This document shows positions 17,084 to 27,053 of a stretch of DNA of 56,849 nucleotides, one piece after another (within the stretch, counting starts at the first letter, position 1; every line of letters starts with the position of its first letter). A model generated the notes under the pieces. The model made no database searches. It saw only the letters and a program-made list of their open reading frames with translations, and had not been told where the DNA came from. The DNA comes from a virus (taxonomy: Duplodnaviria; Caudoviricetes). The translations under genes were made by a program, and so were the position numbers. The stretch spans positions 1 through 56,849 of the IMG/VR virus record IMGVR_UViG_3300033076_000987; one strand, written 5' to 3'.

Positions 17084-17458
17084 ATGAAACACATTAAATT
17101 ATTTGAACAGTTTGTAACTGAGTCCGAAGAAACTTACAATGATTATCCTGCTGCAGCAACTAAAAATGCTCAAATGGCAATTGATTGGAAAGAAAAATAT
17201 GGTCGAGATGAAGTTGATGCTGGTACAGCAGTTGGTTGGGCAAGAGCACACCAATTAGCCAATAAAGAACCTCTTTCTGTTGATACTATCAATAGAATGG
17301 CGGCATTTAATAGACACAGAAAAAATTCTAAAATAGATCCTAAATTTAAAGATACACCGTGGAAAGATCGCGGATACGTTGCGTGGCTTATATGGGGTGG
17401 AACAGAAGGTGTTGATTGGGCAATGAAAAAAGCTGATGAATTGCGTTCTAAAGAATAA
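17084..17458 (+). CDS. Conserved phage protein with capsid-targeting-like N-terminus
   Basis: MKHIKLFEQFVTE; Y.DYP, GT.VG..RA.QLA..E.LS..TI.RM..F.RH, AW..WGG. Confidence 0.72.
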   Translation: MKHIKLFEQFVTESEETYNDYPAAATKNAQMAIDWKEKYGRDEVDAGTAVGWARAHQLANKEPLSVDTINRMAAFNRHRKNSKIDPKFKDTPWKDRGYVAWLIWGGTEGVDWAMKKADELRSKE

Positions 17459-17501
17459 AAGGATATATAAACCCTAAAAGCTAAAATTAAAATTATATAA
17501 A

Positions 17502-18248
17502 ATGGCAAAAATTCAATCTTACGAAGAGTTCGTTGAAGCTTTAGAGCAAGAAGAACTTAAGAAAACATCCATTGCAATCGCAGAAGAAGAGGATGAAGAC
17601 GAAGACAAAGAAAAAGAAGGTGAAGAATCTGAAAAAGAGGATGACTCTGAAGAATCAGATGATGATATTGACTCAGAACTTGCAGATTTAGAAAAAGAAA
17701 CTGAAGAAGAACCTGCTGAAAAGCCAGAATCTGAAGAATCAGAAGAGGATGAAAAAGGCGAATCTGAAGAAGAGCAAGAGAAAGAAAAAGAAGAAGGAAC
17801 TGAAGAAGAACCCGCTGAAGAGCCAGAAGAAACCGAAGAAGAACCTGCTGAAGAGCCAGAAGAAACTGATGATGACGAAGAAGGTGAATCTGAAGAAGAA
17901 ACTGAAGAAGAACCAGCTGAAGAGCCAGCAACAGTTGCCGATGACGTAAAAGACGACGAAGAACCTACAGTTGAATCAATCTCTAAAAACCTTTATGAGC
18001 AAGTAAAGAAAGAAGCTACTGCATGGAACGAAGATATGCATGATGAGCATACAATCGAATCTTATCTTAAAGAAAACTGTGCAATGCATGCTGGAATGAT
18101 GGCAGAAGCTTTAAAAGAACTTAAAGGTGCTAAAGATGACTACACAGTAGAAATGTACGAAGCAGCTTGTGAATCTTTAAAAGAGTCTTTCTGTAAGAAA
18201 ATCGATGAGATGAAAGAAGCTTACGGAGCTGAAGGTCCTACAATGTAA
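17502..18248 (+). CDS. Extremely acidic, low-complexity protein (putative internal head/core protein)
   Basis: MAKIQSYEEFVEALE start; repeated TEEEPAEEP units; GATATATA at 17462. Confidence 0.75.
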   Translation: MAKIQSYEEFVEALEQEELKKTSIAIAEEEDEDEDKEKEGEESEKEDDSEESDDDIDSELADLEKETEEEPAEKPESEESEEDEKGESEEEQEKEKEEGTEEEPAEEPEETEEEPAEEPEETDDDEEGESEEETEEEPAEEPATVADDVKDDEEPTVESISKNLYEQVKKEATAWNEDMHDEHTIESYLKENCAMHAGMMAEALKELKGAKDDYTVEMYEAACESLKESFCKKIDEMKEAYGAEGPTM

Positions 18249-18263
18249 TAAAAACTTACTAAT

Positions 18264-18306
18264 AAACTTTATTGAAAGTCGTTGTATAACCTACAACGAC
18301 TTTTTT
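18264..18306 (+). promoter_or_regulatory. Class II promoter embedded in a terminator hairpin
   Basis: AAAC 18264, GTATAA 18284; 12-bp stem aaagtcgttgta-taacc-tacaacgacttt 18275-18303. Confidence 0.7.
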
Positions 18307-18309
18307 ATT

Positions 18310-18837
18310 ATGCCAAGAATTCCTATAGAAATAACCTACATGCAAGTTGCTTACCAATTTGCCAAGTTGAGTTACGCAGAAAGACGTAAAGTTGGCTGTG
18401 TAATTGTAAAAGACAAACAGATCATCTCATTTGGCTATAATGGTATGCCGTATGGCTTTGATAATCAATGTGAAAACGTTGAAACAGTCACAATTAAAGC
18501 GTCTTATGAAGAAACACCCGAAATTGTGTTAGATCTTGAAAATGATGGCTTTGCGTGTAAAGATGATTGTTGCACTAAAAATGTTTATACTACTAAAAGA
18601 GAGGTATTACATGCTGAATCAAATGCCATTTTAAAGGTGGCTAAGTCAACTATGAGTTGCGAAGGCGCCGAACTTTATACAACTACTTGTCCTTGTTTTG
18701 ATTGTGCAAAACTAATCATTCAGGCTGGAATTTCTAAAGTGTATTACTGTGAAGACTACAGGGATATGAGCGGAGTAGAATTAATCAAAAAAGCGGGAAT
18801 AGAAATCGAACAAGTAATTAGTTGGAATGCAGAATAG
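18310..18837 (+). CDS. dCMP deaminase
   Basis: VGCVIVK...IISFGYNG, HAESNA, PCFDC Zn motifs. Confidence 0.93.
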   Translation: MPRIPIEITYMQVAYQFAKLSYAERRKVGCVIVKDKQIISFGYNGMPYGFDNQCENVETVTIKASYEETPEIVLDLENDGFACKDDCCTKNVYTTKREVLHAESNAILKVAKSTMSCEGAELYTTTCPCFDCAKLIIQAGISKVYYCEDYRDMSGVELIKKAGIEIEQVISWNAE

Positions 18838-20557
18838 TATAAAGAATCAAATAGACGAAATATTAGAAAAAGGCCTTTTGGGTCATGGCTTCAAGTTTAG
18901 AACTGGCCAAAGAGAAACTGTTGAAGCAATTTGCAACGCTTATTACGAAGATCCTGAAGGAACTGTCGTAATCGATGCACCGACTGGTACAGGAAAATCA
19001 ATCATAGCCATGGCTTCAAGTATGGTCTTGGCACAATTAGGTCACCGAGGTTATCTTATTGCTAGCGATATCAGCTTACAAGACCAATATGAAAGTGACT
19101 TTTATAGATTGGGCATTCATTGGCCTTCTGTAAAAGGTGTTGATAATTATACATGTGAAGTTAATGGTTTGCCATTTAGCATCGGTGATTGTAAAATCAA
19201 GGGTTTGGGTTATGAAGCTGCCAGCAAATTAGAATGCTATGGCAATTGTGAATACTTACAAAGAAGATCCAGAGCCATTAATCACTCAGTTGCTCTACTT
19301 AATTACAGCTTTTGGTTGATCCAACGCAATTATGTAGAAGCTAAAATGTCACAGGATGGCAGGCCAGTTCCTTTTGAACAAAGAGACTTTGTCTTTTTTG
19401 ATGAGGCCCATAAAGTTGATGAGGTTGTTCAAAACCACTTCAGCCCAAGAGTTGATCAATTTGTAGTAGGCAAGATTCATTCATTGAACCTATTCATTAA
19501 CAGACACAATATCAAAGCTCCCAGATACACAAAGAATCAAATTGACGTATTAGTACATGATCTGATGACAGAGACTGACAGAGAGCTCCTATTTGACACA
19601 ATGGTCCAATTTGATAGTATGTTAAGATCTTACACAAAGGTCAGAGAAGCAGCTAACAAGTTAGCTAAAACACGTTTTGGCAACGGGGCTGTTCCTAAGG
19701 ATTGGCAAACTGCCTTTTCTACCTTTGACAGAATCAAAGACATGCATTGTAAATTTGAGGACTATATTGCTCTGATTGAAGAAGTAGGTAAACAAGCTAT
19801 GGTTATCAATCAAAAACAAGATGAAACCCAATTTATGTGCGTTGAAGAGCAAGCAATGATTCGCAAGTATTTGCATGCCAAGGCCAATTTCAAGGTCTTT
19901 ATGAGCGCCACTATCGGGGATCCAGCCACTTATATGAGAATCATGGGTATTACAAATGCCAAATTCATTAGACTTGGCAATGACTTTAATTATGAAAAGT
20001 CACCAGTAGTATTTGTTAATAAGTACAGACTTTCAATGAAAGAAAAGGAAAAGAGCTTTGCCCCCGTCCTTGAAATGCTTGATAAAATTCTAGCAAAACA
20101 TAAAGGTCAAAGAGGTATCATTCACTCTGGATCCTATGAATTCAGCAAAAGAATCTTAGAACAAAGTAGCGAATCAATGAGGCTTATTAATTATGCTGAT
20201 AGCAAGCAAAAGGCCTTAGCTCTAAATGAGTTTAAAAATTCCAAAGACAAGATTTTGATCGGTCCTTCTATTCTTGAAGGATTAGATCTTAAAGACGATG
20301 TGAGTCGTTTCCAGATATTCTTTAAAGTACCATATCCTTCATTGGGTGATCCGTTAATTAAAGCTAAAATGAACCACATGCCAGATTGGTATGATTGGAA
20401 AACTGCCATCTCATTTTTACAAGGTGTTGGTAGATCAGTTAGAACAAAAGACGATTGGGCTGTAACTTATGTCCTGGACGCGTGCTTCCAAAGTTTAATA
20501 AATAAGAAGGATTACATTCCTTCAGATATTAAGAAACGTATTAAAACAATAAGATAA
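18827..20557 (+). CDS. DinG/XPD-like SF2 helicase (Fe-S cluster type)
   Basis: FR.GQ Q-motif, APTGTGKS, Cys cluster, DEAH, MSAT, EGLD, KVPYP, QGVGRSVR..DD. Confidence 0.9.
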   Translation: MQNSIKNQIDEILEKGLLGHGFKFRTGQRETVEAICNAYYEDPEGTVVIDAPTGTGKSIIAMASSMVLAQLGHRGYLIASDISLQDQYESDFYRLGIHWPSVKGVDNYTCEVNGLPFSIGDCKIKGLGYEAASKLECYGNCEYLQRRSRAINHSVALLNYSFWLIQRNYVEAKMSQDGRPVPFEQRDFVFFDEAHKVDEVVQNHFSPRVDQFVVGKIHSLNLFINRHNIKAPRYTKNQIDVLVHDLMTETDRELLFDTMVQFDSMLRSYTKVREAANKLAKTRFGNGAVPKDWQTAFSTFDRIKDMHCKFEDYIALIEEVGKQAMVINQKQDETQFMCVEEQAMIRKYLHAKANFKVFMSATIGDPATYMRIMGITNAKFIRLGNDFNYEKSPVVFVNKYRLSMKEKEKSFAPVLEMLDKILAKHKGQRGIIHSGSYEFSKRILEQSSESMRLINYADSKQKALALNEFKNSKDKILIGPSILEGLDLKDDVSRFQIFFKVPYPSLGDPLIKAKMNHMPDWYDWKTAISFLQGVGRSVRTKDDWAVTYVLDACFQSLINKKDYIPSDIKKRIKTIR

Positions 20558-20736
20558 TGAGCTTTAATAAAAGATACATTCCTGAAATCAGTAAACTAAA
20601 AGAATTATTGGTTGAAATGGGTGAAAAGCAATTTCTGAAGATCTATTTGTTTAATCCAGATGCCAGAATTGGTAGCAAAGAGTCACTTGATTTCATCGAT
20701 AAGGTTTATGAAAATCAAAAACAACGTGAAAATTAA
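20557..20736 (+). CDS. Small hypothetical protein (59 aa, MSFNKRYIPEISKLKE...)
   Basis: Read directly; TAATG coupling to the helicase; ends at the next promoter; below the ORF-track cutoff. Confidence 0.65.
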   Translation: MSFNKRYIPEISKLKELLVEMGEKQFLKIYLFNPDARIGSKESLDFIDKVYENQKQREN

Positions 20737-20760
20737 ACAATGCGTAAAAAGCGTGTATAA
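20735..20760 (+). promoter_or_regulatory. Class II promoter AAAC-N16-GTATAA
   Basis: Exact motif. Confidence 0.7.
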
Positions 20761-20788
20761 TATACTAAACATATTTAAGAAAAAACCT

Positions 20789-21331
20789 ATGTCTACACAA
20801 AACGAAAATACCGAAATTCAATATAATCCGGGTGATTGGCTAATGTGGATCAAATCTGATAAAATCGGCGATAGAGTAGAAATTAAGGACTTTGAAGGTC
20901 AATGGATTAATTTTACTGACGGAAGTCGAATTGATTCAAGTTTGGCTTCAGAATATTTAGCACCTAGTACTCCTGGTGTTAATCTAGGTTCTAATAATCG
21001 TGCTAAAATTGTCAAAGCTATTGAAACAGGTTTAGATGAAAGTATTACTGTTACATCTAAACCTATCAAAGAAGAACCTAAAGAAATAGTTGATCCTTTG
21101 GTTTCTATGCTTAAAACACTTAGCAAGAAAAATACAGCAAATTTCCCTCTTGAAATTTCAGTTAATATTCCATCAGAAGCCATGTTTGCTGTGATGACTG
21201 CTGAAGTTGAAGAGCAAGATCTTAAAGATGCTATTGCAAAAATGATACTCTCACAAATTAGTATAGATAGAGTACAAGAAGAAATTAAATCAAACGTTAA
21301 TACCTTTATAAACAAATACTATGTCAAATAG
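20789..21331 (+). CDS. Hypothetical protein
   Basis: Start moved to ATG 20789, downstream of the promoter. Confidence 0.7.
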   Translation: MSTQNENTEIQYNPGDWLMWIKSDKIGDRVEIKDFEGQWINFTDGSRIDSSLASEYLAPSTPGVNLGSNNRAKIVKAIETGLDESITVTSKPIKEEPKEIVDPLVSMLKTLSKKNTANFPLEISVNIPSEAMFAVMTAEVEEQDLKDAIAKMILSQISIDRVQEEIKSNVNTFINKYYVK

Positions 21332-21692
21332 AAGAGAACGCCGTTGGGCTTTAAAACAAAGAGGATTCCTTAGAATCAAAAACATGTACAGTCGTTTCAG
21401 TCCAATTGCGATGCAGTGGTATGCAACTAGACAAGAAGAAGGCCGTAGAATTCACGAAGCTAACACTGAAGCTGTTGAAAAAGCAACTTATGAATCTTTA
21501 TTGCAAAGAGAAATTGCTATGAAAACATCTTTGGAAAACACTGGCTACAATGAAGCTGAGACAGAAATGATGTTAGAAGCATGGAGAATTATGGTAACTT
21601 CTACTAGAGAAGATTACAGAGCTAATAAAAAAGAATCTAAGAGCTTAACTAGAAAGGCTCAAGAATCTTTTAAAACAAGACAAACAGCTTAA
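21321..21692 (+). CDS. Hypothetical basic helical protein
   Basis: MSNRRERR start; overlapping operon organisation. Confidence 0.7.
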   Translation: MSNRRERRWALKQRGFLRIKNMYSRFSPIAMQWYATRQEEGRRIHEANTEAVEKATYESLLQREIAMKTSLENTGYNEAETEMMLEAWRIMVTSTREDYRANKKESKSLTRKAQESFKTRQTA

Positions 21693-21693
21693 T

Positions 21694-22014
21694 ATGATGT
21701 ACGTTACACTCGAACCGGTTGATAACGGTGTGATGAAAATTATCGAAGACGATAACATCAATGCAGCCGGTGAAAAATACGAAGCTAAAATAGCATACGA
21801 CTTGGAAAACGGCGGTCTCGAAAGAACCGCCCAATTCTTTAATGACCTAATCTTAGATTTAGGAATAGACGTAGGATCTGAAGAAGATCGAAAAAAATTA
21901 GAAATAAAAATAGGCTGGGGTGCCAATTATAAGCCTAAGCAAGAAGAACTTAAAGTTAAAATAGCTCAACTTGAAAAGGAATTAGCGCACTATAAGGCTC
22001 TGCAAACTAAATAA
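21694..22014 (+). CDS. Hypothetical protein
   Basis: Coupled ORF. Confidence 0.7.
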   Translation: MMYVTLEPVDNGVMKIIEDDNINAAGEKYEAKIAYDLENGGLERTAQFFNDLILDLGIDVGSEEDRKKLEIKIGWGANYKPKQEELKVKIAQLEKELAHYKALQTK

Positions 22015-22421
22015 TGTCTTTAAAAATCGATTATGTATGGTGTAATTCAAAAAGTGATTTCGTATGGTATACTAAATCTCTTGAATACTCTGTCGTTGTA
22101 AACTACATCGACATTATAATCAATTTAGTTAAGTCAGATATTATGAATGCTGAACCGCCTTCAGCAGTTGTTAATCTTTACATCAGAAAAAAGATTACAA
22201 AAATCATGGAAGATTCTCTATCTGAAGAATCTCCTAAATTTGCATATTTCATTAAAGACTTAGAAGAAGACATCATTGATGGTGTCTTCTCTCTAGTCGA
22301 AGAATTAGCAAAAATTACGTCAGTAGAATATACTAATAATTTAATCATTGTTAATCACGAAGGATCAATAGATAAAACACTATTGGCTCGTTTTGATTCA
22401 GTTAAATTTGTAAACAAATGA
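22014..22421 (+). CDS. Hypothetical protein
   Basis: Coupled ORF. Confidence 0.7.
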   Translation: MSLKIDYVWCNSKSDFVWYTKSLEYSVVVNYIDIIINLVKSDIMNAEPPSAVVNLYIRKKITKIMEDSLSEESPKFAYFIKDLEEDIIDGVFSLVEELAKITSVEYTNNLIIVNHEGSIDKTLLARFDSVKFVNK

Positions 22422-23008
22422 TAAAACACAAATTGTTCTCCAGAGGAGAATATGTATATGCTTTATTGTCGGATGCACAAAATCCAGAGTATATGTTCGT
22501 TGTTAAAGGTCTTATCTATGACACCAAATATGACGACATTAGTCCTTTATATCAATTAAAAATCGTTGAGTTCTTTGACGATATAGATTTCCTTAAACGA
22601 TTCTTTTTTCAATCTAGCTTTAAGAAAGATCTAAACGCTAGCAAATATACGCGCATCAACCTCAAGAGAGAACTTTACAAAACTAGAGAAGATCTTTTAC
22701 AAGCTGTTGGTGGACCAAATTGGAAAAGCTATTTGGTAGTTGTTGATTCAATCTATTGTACAAGCACACAACATGAGATTTTCGAGCTACTCAGGAAGCT
22801 CCAGGACTTCATGATTGAGAAACGCTTAAAGGAAATATATGAGATGTCCAATCGCTTTACATACAAAAATGGACAATATTACTTTCAAACAAGAGGTCTT
22901 TACGAAATAGCTGTCAAAAATTTTCTAGGCACTAGATTGCCAGATGACAAAGATTATTTCGATAAATTACTATATAGACCAAAGAGCACTGAGCTCGACA
23001 AAATATGA
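22418..23008 (+). CDS. Hypothetical protein
   Basis: Coupled ORF. Confidence 0.7.
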   Translation: MIKHKLFSRGEYVYALLSDAQNPEYMFVVKGLIYDTKYDDISPLYQLKIVEFFDDIDFLKRFFFQSSFKKDLNASKYTRINLKRELYKTREDLLQAVGGPNWKSYLVVVDSIYCTSTQHEIFELLRKLQDFMIEKRLKEIYEMSNRFTYKNGQYYFQTRGLYEIAVKNFLGTRLPDDKDYFDKLLYRPKSTELDKI

Positions 23009-23062
23009 TAACATAATATCTCCGAGATATATAGCCAAACAGATAAAAATATTTTATTCTAG

Positions 23063-24907
23063 ATGGCAAATGACATGATTCCTACTGGTGCAAATAGTGC
23101 ATATAATCCAACAACCGGAGATTCATCTCCTATAGCTGGTGCTAAAAATGCACTAGGAGGTGGGTTTTATGCTAATGTTGCCGGATTAACTAATAATGCC
23201 AATGCTGTTGCACAAATGGCAGGATCTAGTGATTCTATTATTAGAACTCAACAATGGGCTCAAAATGCTTATTCTAAACTCGCTGAACCTATGGCGTATG
23301 AGTTAGAAGGTAAAAAATATGACGATCAAGGTAAACCAATCAAAGGTATAGAAACTAAGATTGACAAGGATGCTCCTTATTCTATTATTAATAAGTGGTC
23401 TTTGTTGTCTTATAAAGGTAAAATGCTTGATACCAAACCGTCTGGTGATAAAGCTGTATGGGGCGCTGCTAAAGAATTATATACTAAACCTTTATATACT
23501 GCAGCTTCTGAAGAATTGAATCCAACAGCTGCTACTATTATTAGAAAATGTAGAGAAAATACATCACAGGGTTATCAATATAGTTCTGGAGATTTTGCAT
23601 ATTGTACTTATTATGGTAAAATACCTAATAATTATATGTTAACCTTAAGAAGATTTCCAACACCATGTGAAGATGATATTATTAATGCAACAGCTGTAAA
23701 TGAAAAAGGTGTTGTATTTAAAAAAGAGCAAGCTGATATAGCTAGAGCTATTACATGGATGAGTGAAGTCACAGAAAATAAATTGTCTGAGATCTTAAAA
23801 TTTAATGTAGGTTATAACTGGGATGATTTAGAATCTGAAGTTCAAACTATTACGCCAAATCAACCTGATAGAGGTACTGTTGGTAGTTTTATTAATAGTT
23901 CACCTTTTTTATCTAACGTTGAAAATACTATGAATGGCGTTGGTCCAGGGCAAGCGGCTAATGTTGAAGCACATGGTGCAGGTTGGGATCCAATGAAAGA
24001 AACATATCCTAATCATGCTTTTGGTCCATATAACGTTATTAAGAACGTTAGGGTTAGAAAAGAAGGTTTAACATTTGAGCAAGAAATTAAATTAACTTTT
24101 CACTATGATTTGAGATCTATTGGAAAAGTAGATCCAAAAATAGCGATGTTAGACATTTTAGCTAATATGCTAGTTTTAACGTATAATAATGCACCATTCT
24201 GGGGAGGAGCAACAAGATATACGTCATCTGGAACTGTTAAACAGCCTTTTCCAGGTATGGAAAAGCTATGGAGCGGTGATGTTAAAGGATTTTTTGAAGG
24301 TATGATGAATGGTATGAGCGATGCTGCTAAATCATTATTATCTGGAAATCCATTTGAGGCTCTTAAAAAAATAGGTGGTAATTTATTAGGTGGATCTTTG
24401 ATGAATTTATTCGGTAAACCAAGTGGTACTGAAGCTGCTAAAGCATTCTTAACGGGTGATTCTACAGGAGCGTGGCATTTAACTGTTGGTAATCCACTGA
24501 ATCCTATTGCTGTTATCGGTAATTTAACGTGTACAAGTACTGATTTTGAATTTGATGGACCTTTGGGTTACGAAGATTTTCCAAGTAAATTGAAAGTTAT
24601 AATAACTCTTAAACCCGGTAGATACCGCGACAAAGGAGATATTGAATCAATGTTTAATGCTGGTCGAGGTAGAATCTACCTAACTCCTAAAGGTCAAAAA
24701 GATCCTGATAAAGAAACGATCGTTGATGGATATGGTAAAAAATACGTTCAAAAAGGAGAAGGTAAATCTAAAGGTCGCGGGGCTACTGGAGCAAGAGGTG
24801 GAGCTGCAACTGGCGGTGGTACTTATGATGATGAAGTTACAATAACAGATTCATACGATAAAAATTCTGATTTTTATCAAACAATGAAAGATTTTGCTAA
24901 CGGATAA
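23063..24907 (+). CDS. Putative baseplate/tail-tube initiator protein
   Basis: First gene of the structural block, late promoter at 23026; C-terminal TVGNP..P...GNL.C.S..F.F.GPL...DFP..L.V.I.L resembles a tube/cap fold. Confidence 0.5.
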   Translation: MANDMIPTGANSAYNPTTGDSSPIAGAKNALGGGFYANVAGLTNNANAVAQMAGSSDSIIRTQQWAQNAYSKLAEPMAYELEGKKYDDQGKPIKGIETKIDKDAPYSIINKWSLLSYKGKMLDTKPSGDKAVWGAAKELYTKPLYTAASEELNPTAATIIRKCRENTSQGYQYSSGDFAYCTYYGKIPNNYMLTLRRFPTPCEDDIINATAVNEKGVVFKKEQADIARAITWMSEVTENKLSEILKFNVGYNWDDLESEVQTITPNQPDRGTVGSFINSSPFLSNVENTMNGVGPGQAANVEAHGAGWDPMKETYPNHAFGPYNVIKNVRVRKEGLTFEQEIKLTFHYDLRSIGKVDPKIAMLDILANMLVLTYNNAPFWGGATRYTSSGTVKQPFPGMEKLWSGDVKGFFEGMMNGMSDAAKSLLSGNPFEALKKIGGNLLGGSLMNLFGKPSGTEAAKAFLTGDSTGAWHLTVGNPLNPIAVIGNLTCTSTDFEFDGPLGYEDFPSKLKVIITLKPGRYRDKGDIESMFNAGRGRIYLTPKGQKDPDKETIVDGYGKKYVQKGEGKSKGRGATGARGGAATGGGTYDDEVTITDSYDKNSDFYQTMKDFANG

Positions 24908-25518
24908 TGGATACACAAGTAATATCAACTAAAAGAACGGTAAACGACAAAGTCGTTATGACAGAACCAACTATGATATTCGTTAAGAATATTAAAGTTG
25001 TAAAATATCATCTTGTAAATGAAGATGAAGCTATGCGTGTCGATAAAATCTCATATCAATATTATGGTAATGTTAATAATGCTGATCGTATATTAAAATG
25101 GAATGGTATTTCTAATCCATTTTCTGTTGCGCCTGGTATGATTTTAGAGATTCCTGATTTAATGGGTCAAACATTAAAATGGATGAAACCAAATGCTAAA
25201 GAAAATCCAATTAGACAACAATTTTTGGACGCTAAGCGCATGACTAAACAAGATAAAACTCGAGCTGAATTCTTAAAAAAGAGATCAGCTGGTAAACCTA
25301 ATGGTAGTAAAGAAAATTTACCACCTAATATCATAAAATCAGGTGAAACTGATGTTGTAATTAAGGGCGATGCAATCTCTTTACAAGCTTCAGACATGAA
25401 TACAGGAATAAATGTAGTTGGAGATAAATTAGTAGTAAATGACGGTTTAAGTCCTCTTGAAATCAATAAAGCAAAGATAAAGAATTTGTTAATAAATAAG
25501 AAAAATCTTGGTAAATAA
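24907..25518 (+). CDS. Baseplate wedge protein, T4 gp53/LysM-like
   Basis: RVDKISYQYYG......ILKWNGISNPF....G..L.IP. Confidence 0.72.
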   Translation: MDTQVISTKRTVNDKVVMTEPTMIFVKNIKVVKYHLVNEDEAMRVDKISYQYYGNVNNADRILKWNGISNPFSVAPGMILEIPDLMGQTLKWMKPNAKENPIRQQFLDAKRMTKQDKTRAEFLKKRSAGKPNGSKENLPPNIIKSGETDVVIKGDAISLQASDMNTGINVVGDKLVVNDGLSPLEINKAKIKNLLINKKNLGK

Positions 25519-27050
25519 TGTCTGTATCTAGTAATATATTAACCATATTAGAACCTAAAATTGTTCTTGATGAAGTTCAAATCAAGAATATGTCAGAGGA
25601 TAAAAATGCAGGTCCTAAACAAGTTCCAAGTAAACGAGTAGGTGATTTAATACCTATGATAATTGTTAATGGTTATACATTAAATGATGAGGATCTTCTT
25701 AATTTTGAATTAGAATTAACTGGAGATGTGCCAAGATTGTATATTGTTTTTCAAGATACTAGAAATCTATTTCTAATAGATAATTATCCAAGAGATGGTG
25801 CATTAATCAATGTTAGAATAGCATCTAAAAATGCAACAACATATAAGTCTATAAGAATGGATTTCGATATCACGGATGTATATGCTGATCCAACTTTTGG
25901 AGAAATAGATACACCAATTTATAGAATATCCGGAGTTTGTAGTATTCCTGGTTTATATAGCGAAGACTGTAAAAGCTTTGGTGAAGGTACAAGTTTAGAT
26001 CATTTAGAAAAAATAGCTACTGATCTAAAAATAGGTTTAGCAACTAATATCACTGCACCTAAAGATTCGATGAAACGTATCTTACCTTTTTCTAGCAGAC
26101 TTGATTTTATAAAAGACACTGTTGAATCTTCATATATTGGTGAAGAATCTTTTCAAACATATCATATTGATCAATTTTATTATTTGAATTTTGTTGATGT
26201 AAATGCACAATTTAATATTAAAGCTGATTTTGAAGATGCCTTTGTAACATTTTTACAAGATGTTACAGTGGATGTCAAAGCTGATAAAACAAATGATATG
26301 TTAAGCAAATTGATGTTAACTAACAATTTGAATCTAAAGGGTATGTCTAATCATATAGAATCCTATACTCTATTAAATAATTCAGCTAGAATAGTACAAC
26401 GTTATGGATACACAAGAGATGTGCAATATTATGACGAAGGTGATCAAGAAAAGAAATTAAGAGAATTTAAGCTTGAAGCTTTAACCAGTAAAGATCTAAA
26501 ACCAATAGAAAGTCCGCTAAAGGGCAGATATGGTTCGGCTGGTGAAGCTAGATACAAATTAGAAAAGAAACATAAATACGTGGGTCGTCAATTCTATACT
26601 GATAATGCCAAATCAAAAAATAGTCATCTAAATTATAATTATGGAACTGTTCAGAATATTATGAACATGGAAGAATTAGAAAAGATGCAATTAGTAGTTG
26701 AATTAGGTACTAATGATAATGCTTTTTATAGATTTCAGAAGGTGCCTGTTGTAATATATGAACACAATGCTCAAAAGAAAAGTATATTAGATCAAAAAGA
26801 AAAAAGATTGAAAGAGGTTGGCATGCAAGAAGGTCATTTTGATGCAGCTAAAAAAGAAGAACAAGTTGATGGTTCTACTAGTAAACAACCTGATGTAGCT
26901 AAGATCAATGATCTATTAAGTGGTAATTATCTAGTTGGCAAAATAATTTATAAATACGCTAAAGAAACTGGTATGAGACAAACATTGCACTTATTTAGAA
27001 GAGAATGGCCAGTACCTTTGAATCAATTACCTAGTGAAAAAAAACAATAA
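25518..27050 (+). CDS. Putative baseplate hub protein (gp27-like)
   Basis: Size, position before the spike gene, and C-terminal LSGNYLV..I.Y.Y......Q.L.L.RREWP. Confidence 0.6.
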   Translation: MSVSSNILTILEPKIVLDEVQIKNMSEDKNAGPKQVPSKRVGDLIPMIIVNGYTLNDEDLLNFELELTGDVPRLYIVFQDTRNLFLIDNYPRDGALINVRIASKNATTYKSIRMDFDITDVYADPTFGEIDTPIYRISGVCSIPGLYSEDCKSFGEGTSLDHLEKIATDLKIGLATNITAPKDSMKRILPFSSRLDFIKDTVESSYIGEESFQTYHIDQFYYLNFVDVNAQFNIKADFEDAFVTFLQDVTVDVKADKTNDMLSKLMLTNNLNLKGMSNHIESYTLLNNSARIVQRYGYTRDVQYYDEGDQEKKLREFKLEALTSKDLKPIESPLKGRYGSAGEARYKLEKKHKYVGRQFYTDNAKSKNSHLNYNYGTVQNIMNMEELEKMQLVVELGTNDNAFYRFQKVPVVIYEHNAQKKSILDQKEKRLKEVGMQEGHFDAAKKEEQVDGSTSKQPDVAKINDLLSGNYLVGKIIYKYAKETGMRQTLHLFRREWPVPLNQLPSEKKQ

Positions 27051-27053
27051 AAG

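Noticed and set aside
17557-17949. Two ORFs (minus-strand Leu/Gln-rich, plus-strand Lys-rich) over the acidic protein
   Set aside because: Artefacts of GAA-rich low-complexity sequence in alternative frames.
993-20788. Upstream-extended starts in the track (993, 1616, 2611, 6106, 9697, 10167, 13175, 20660)
   Set aside because: The extensions run through terminators, promoters or upstream genes; downstream starts give coupled junctions and correct domain boundaries.
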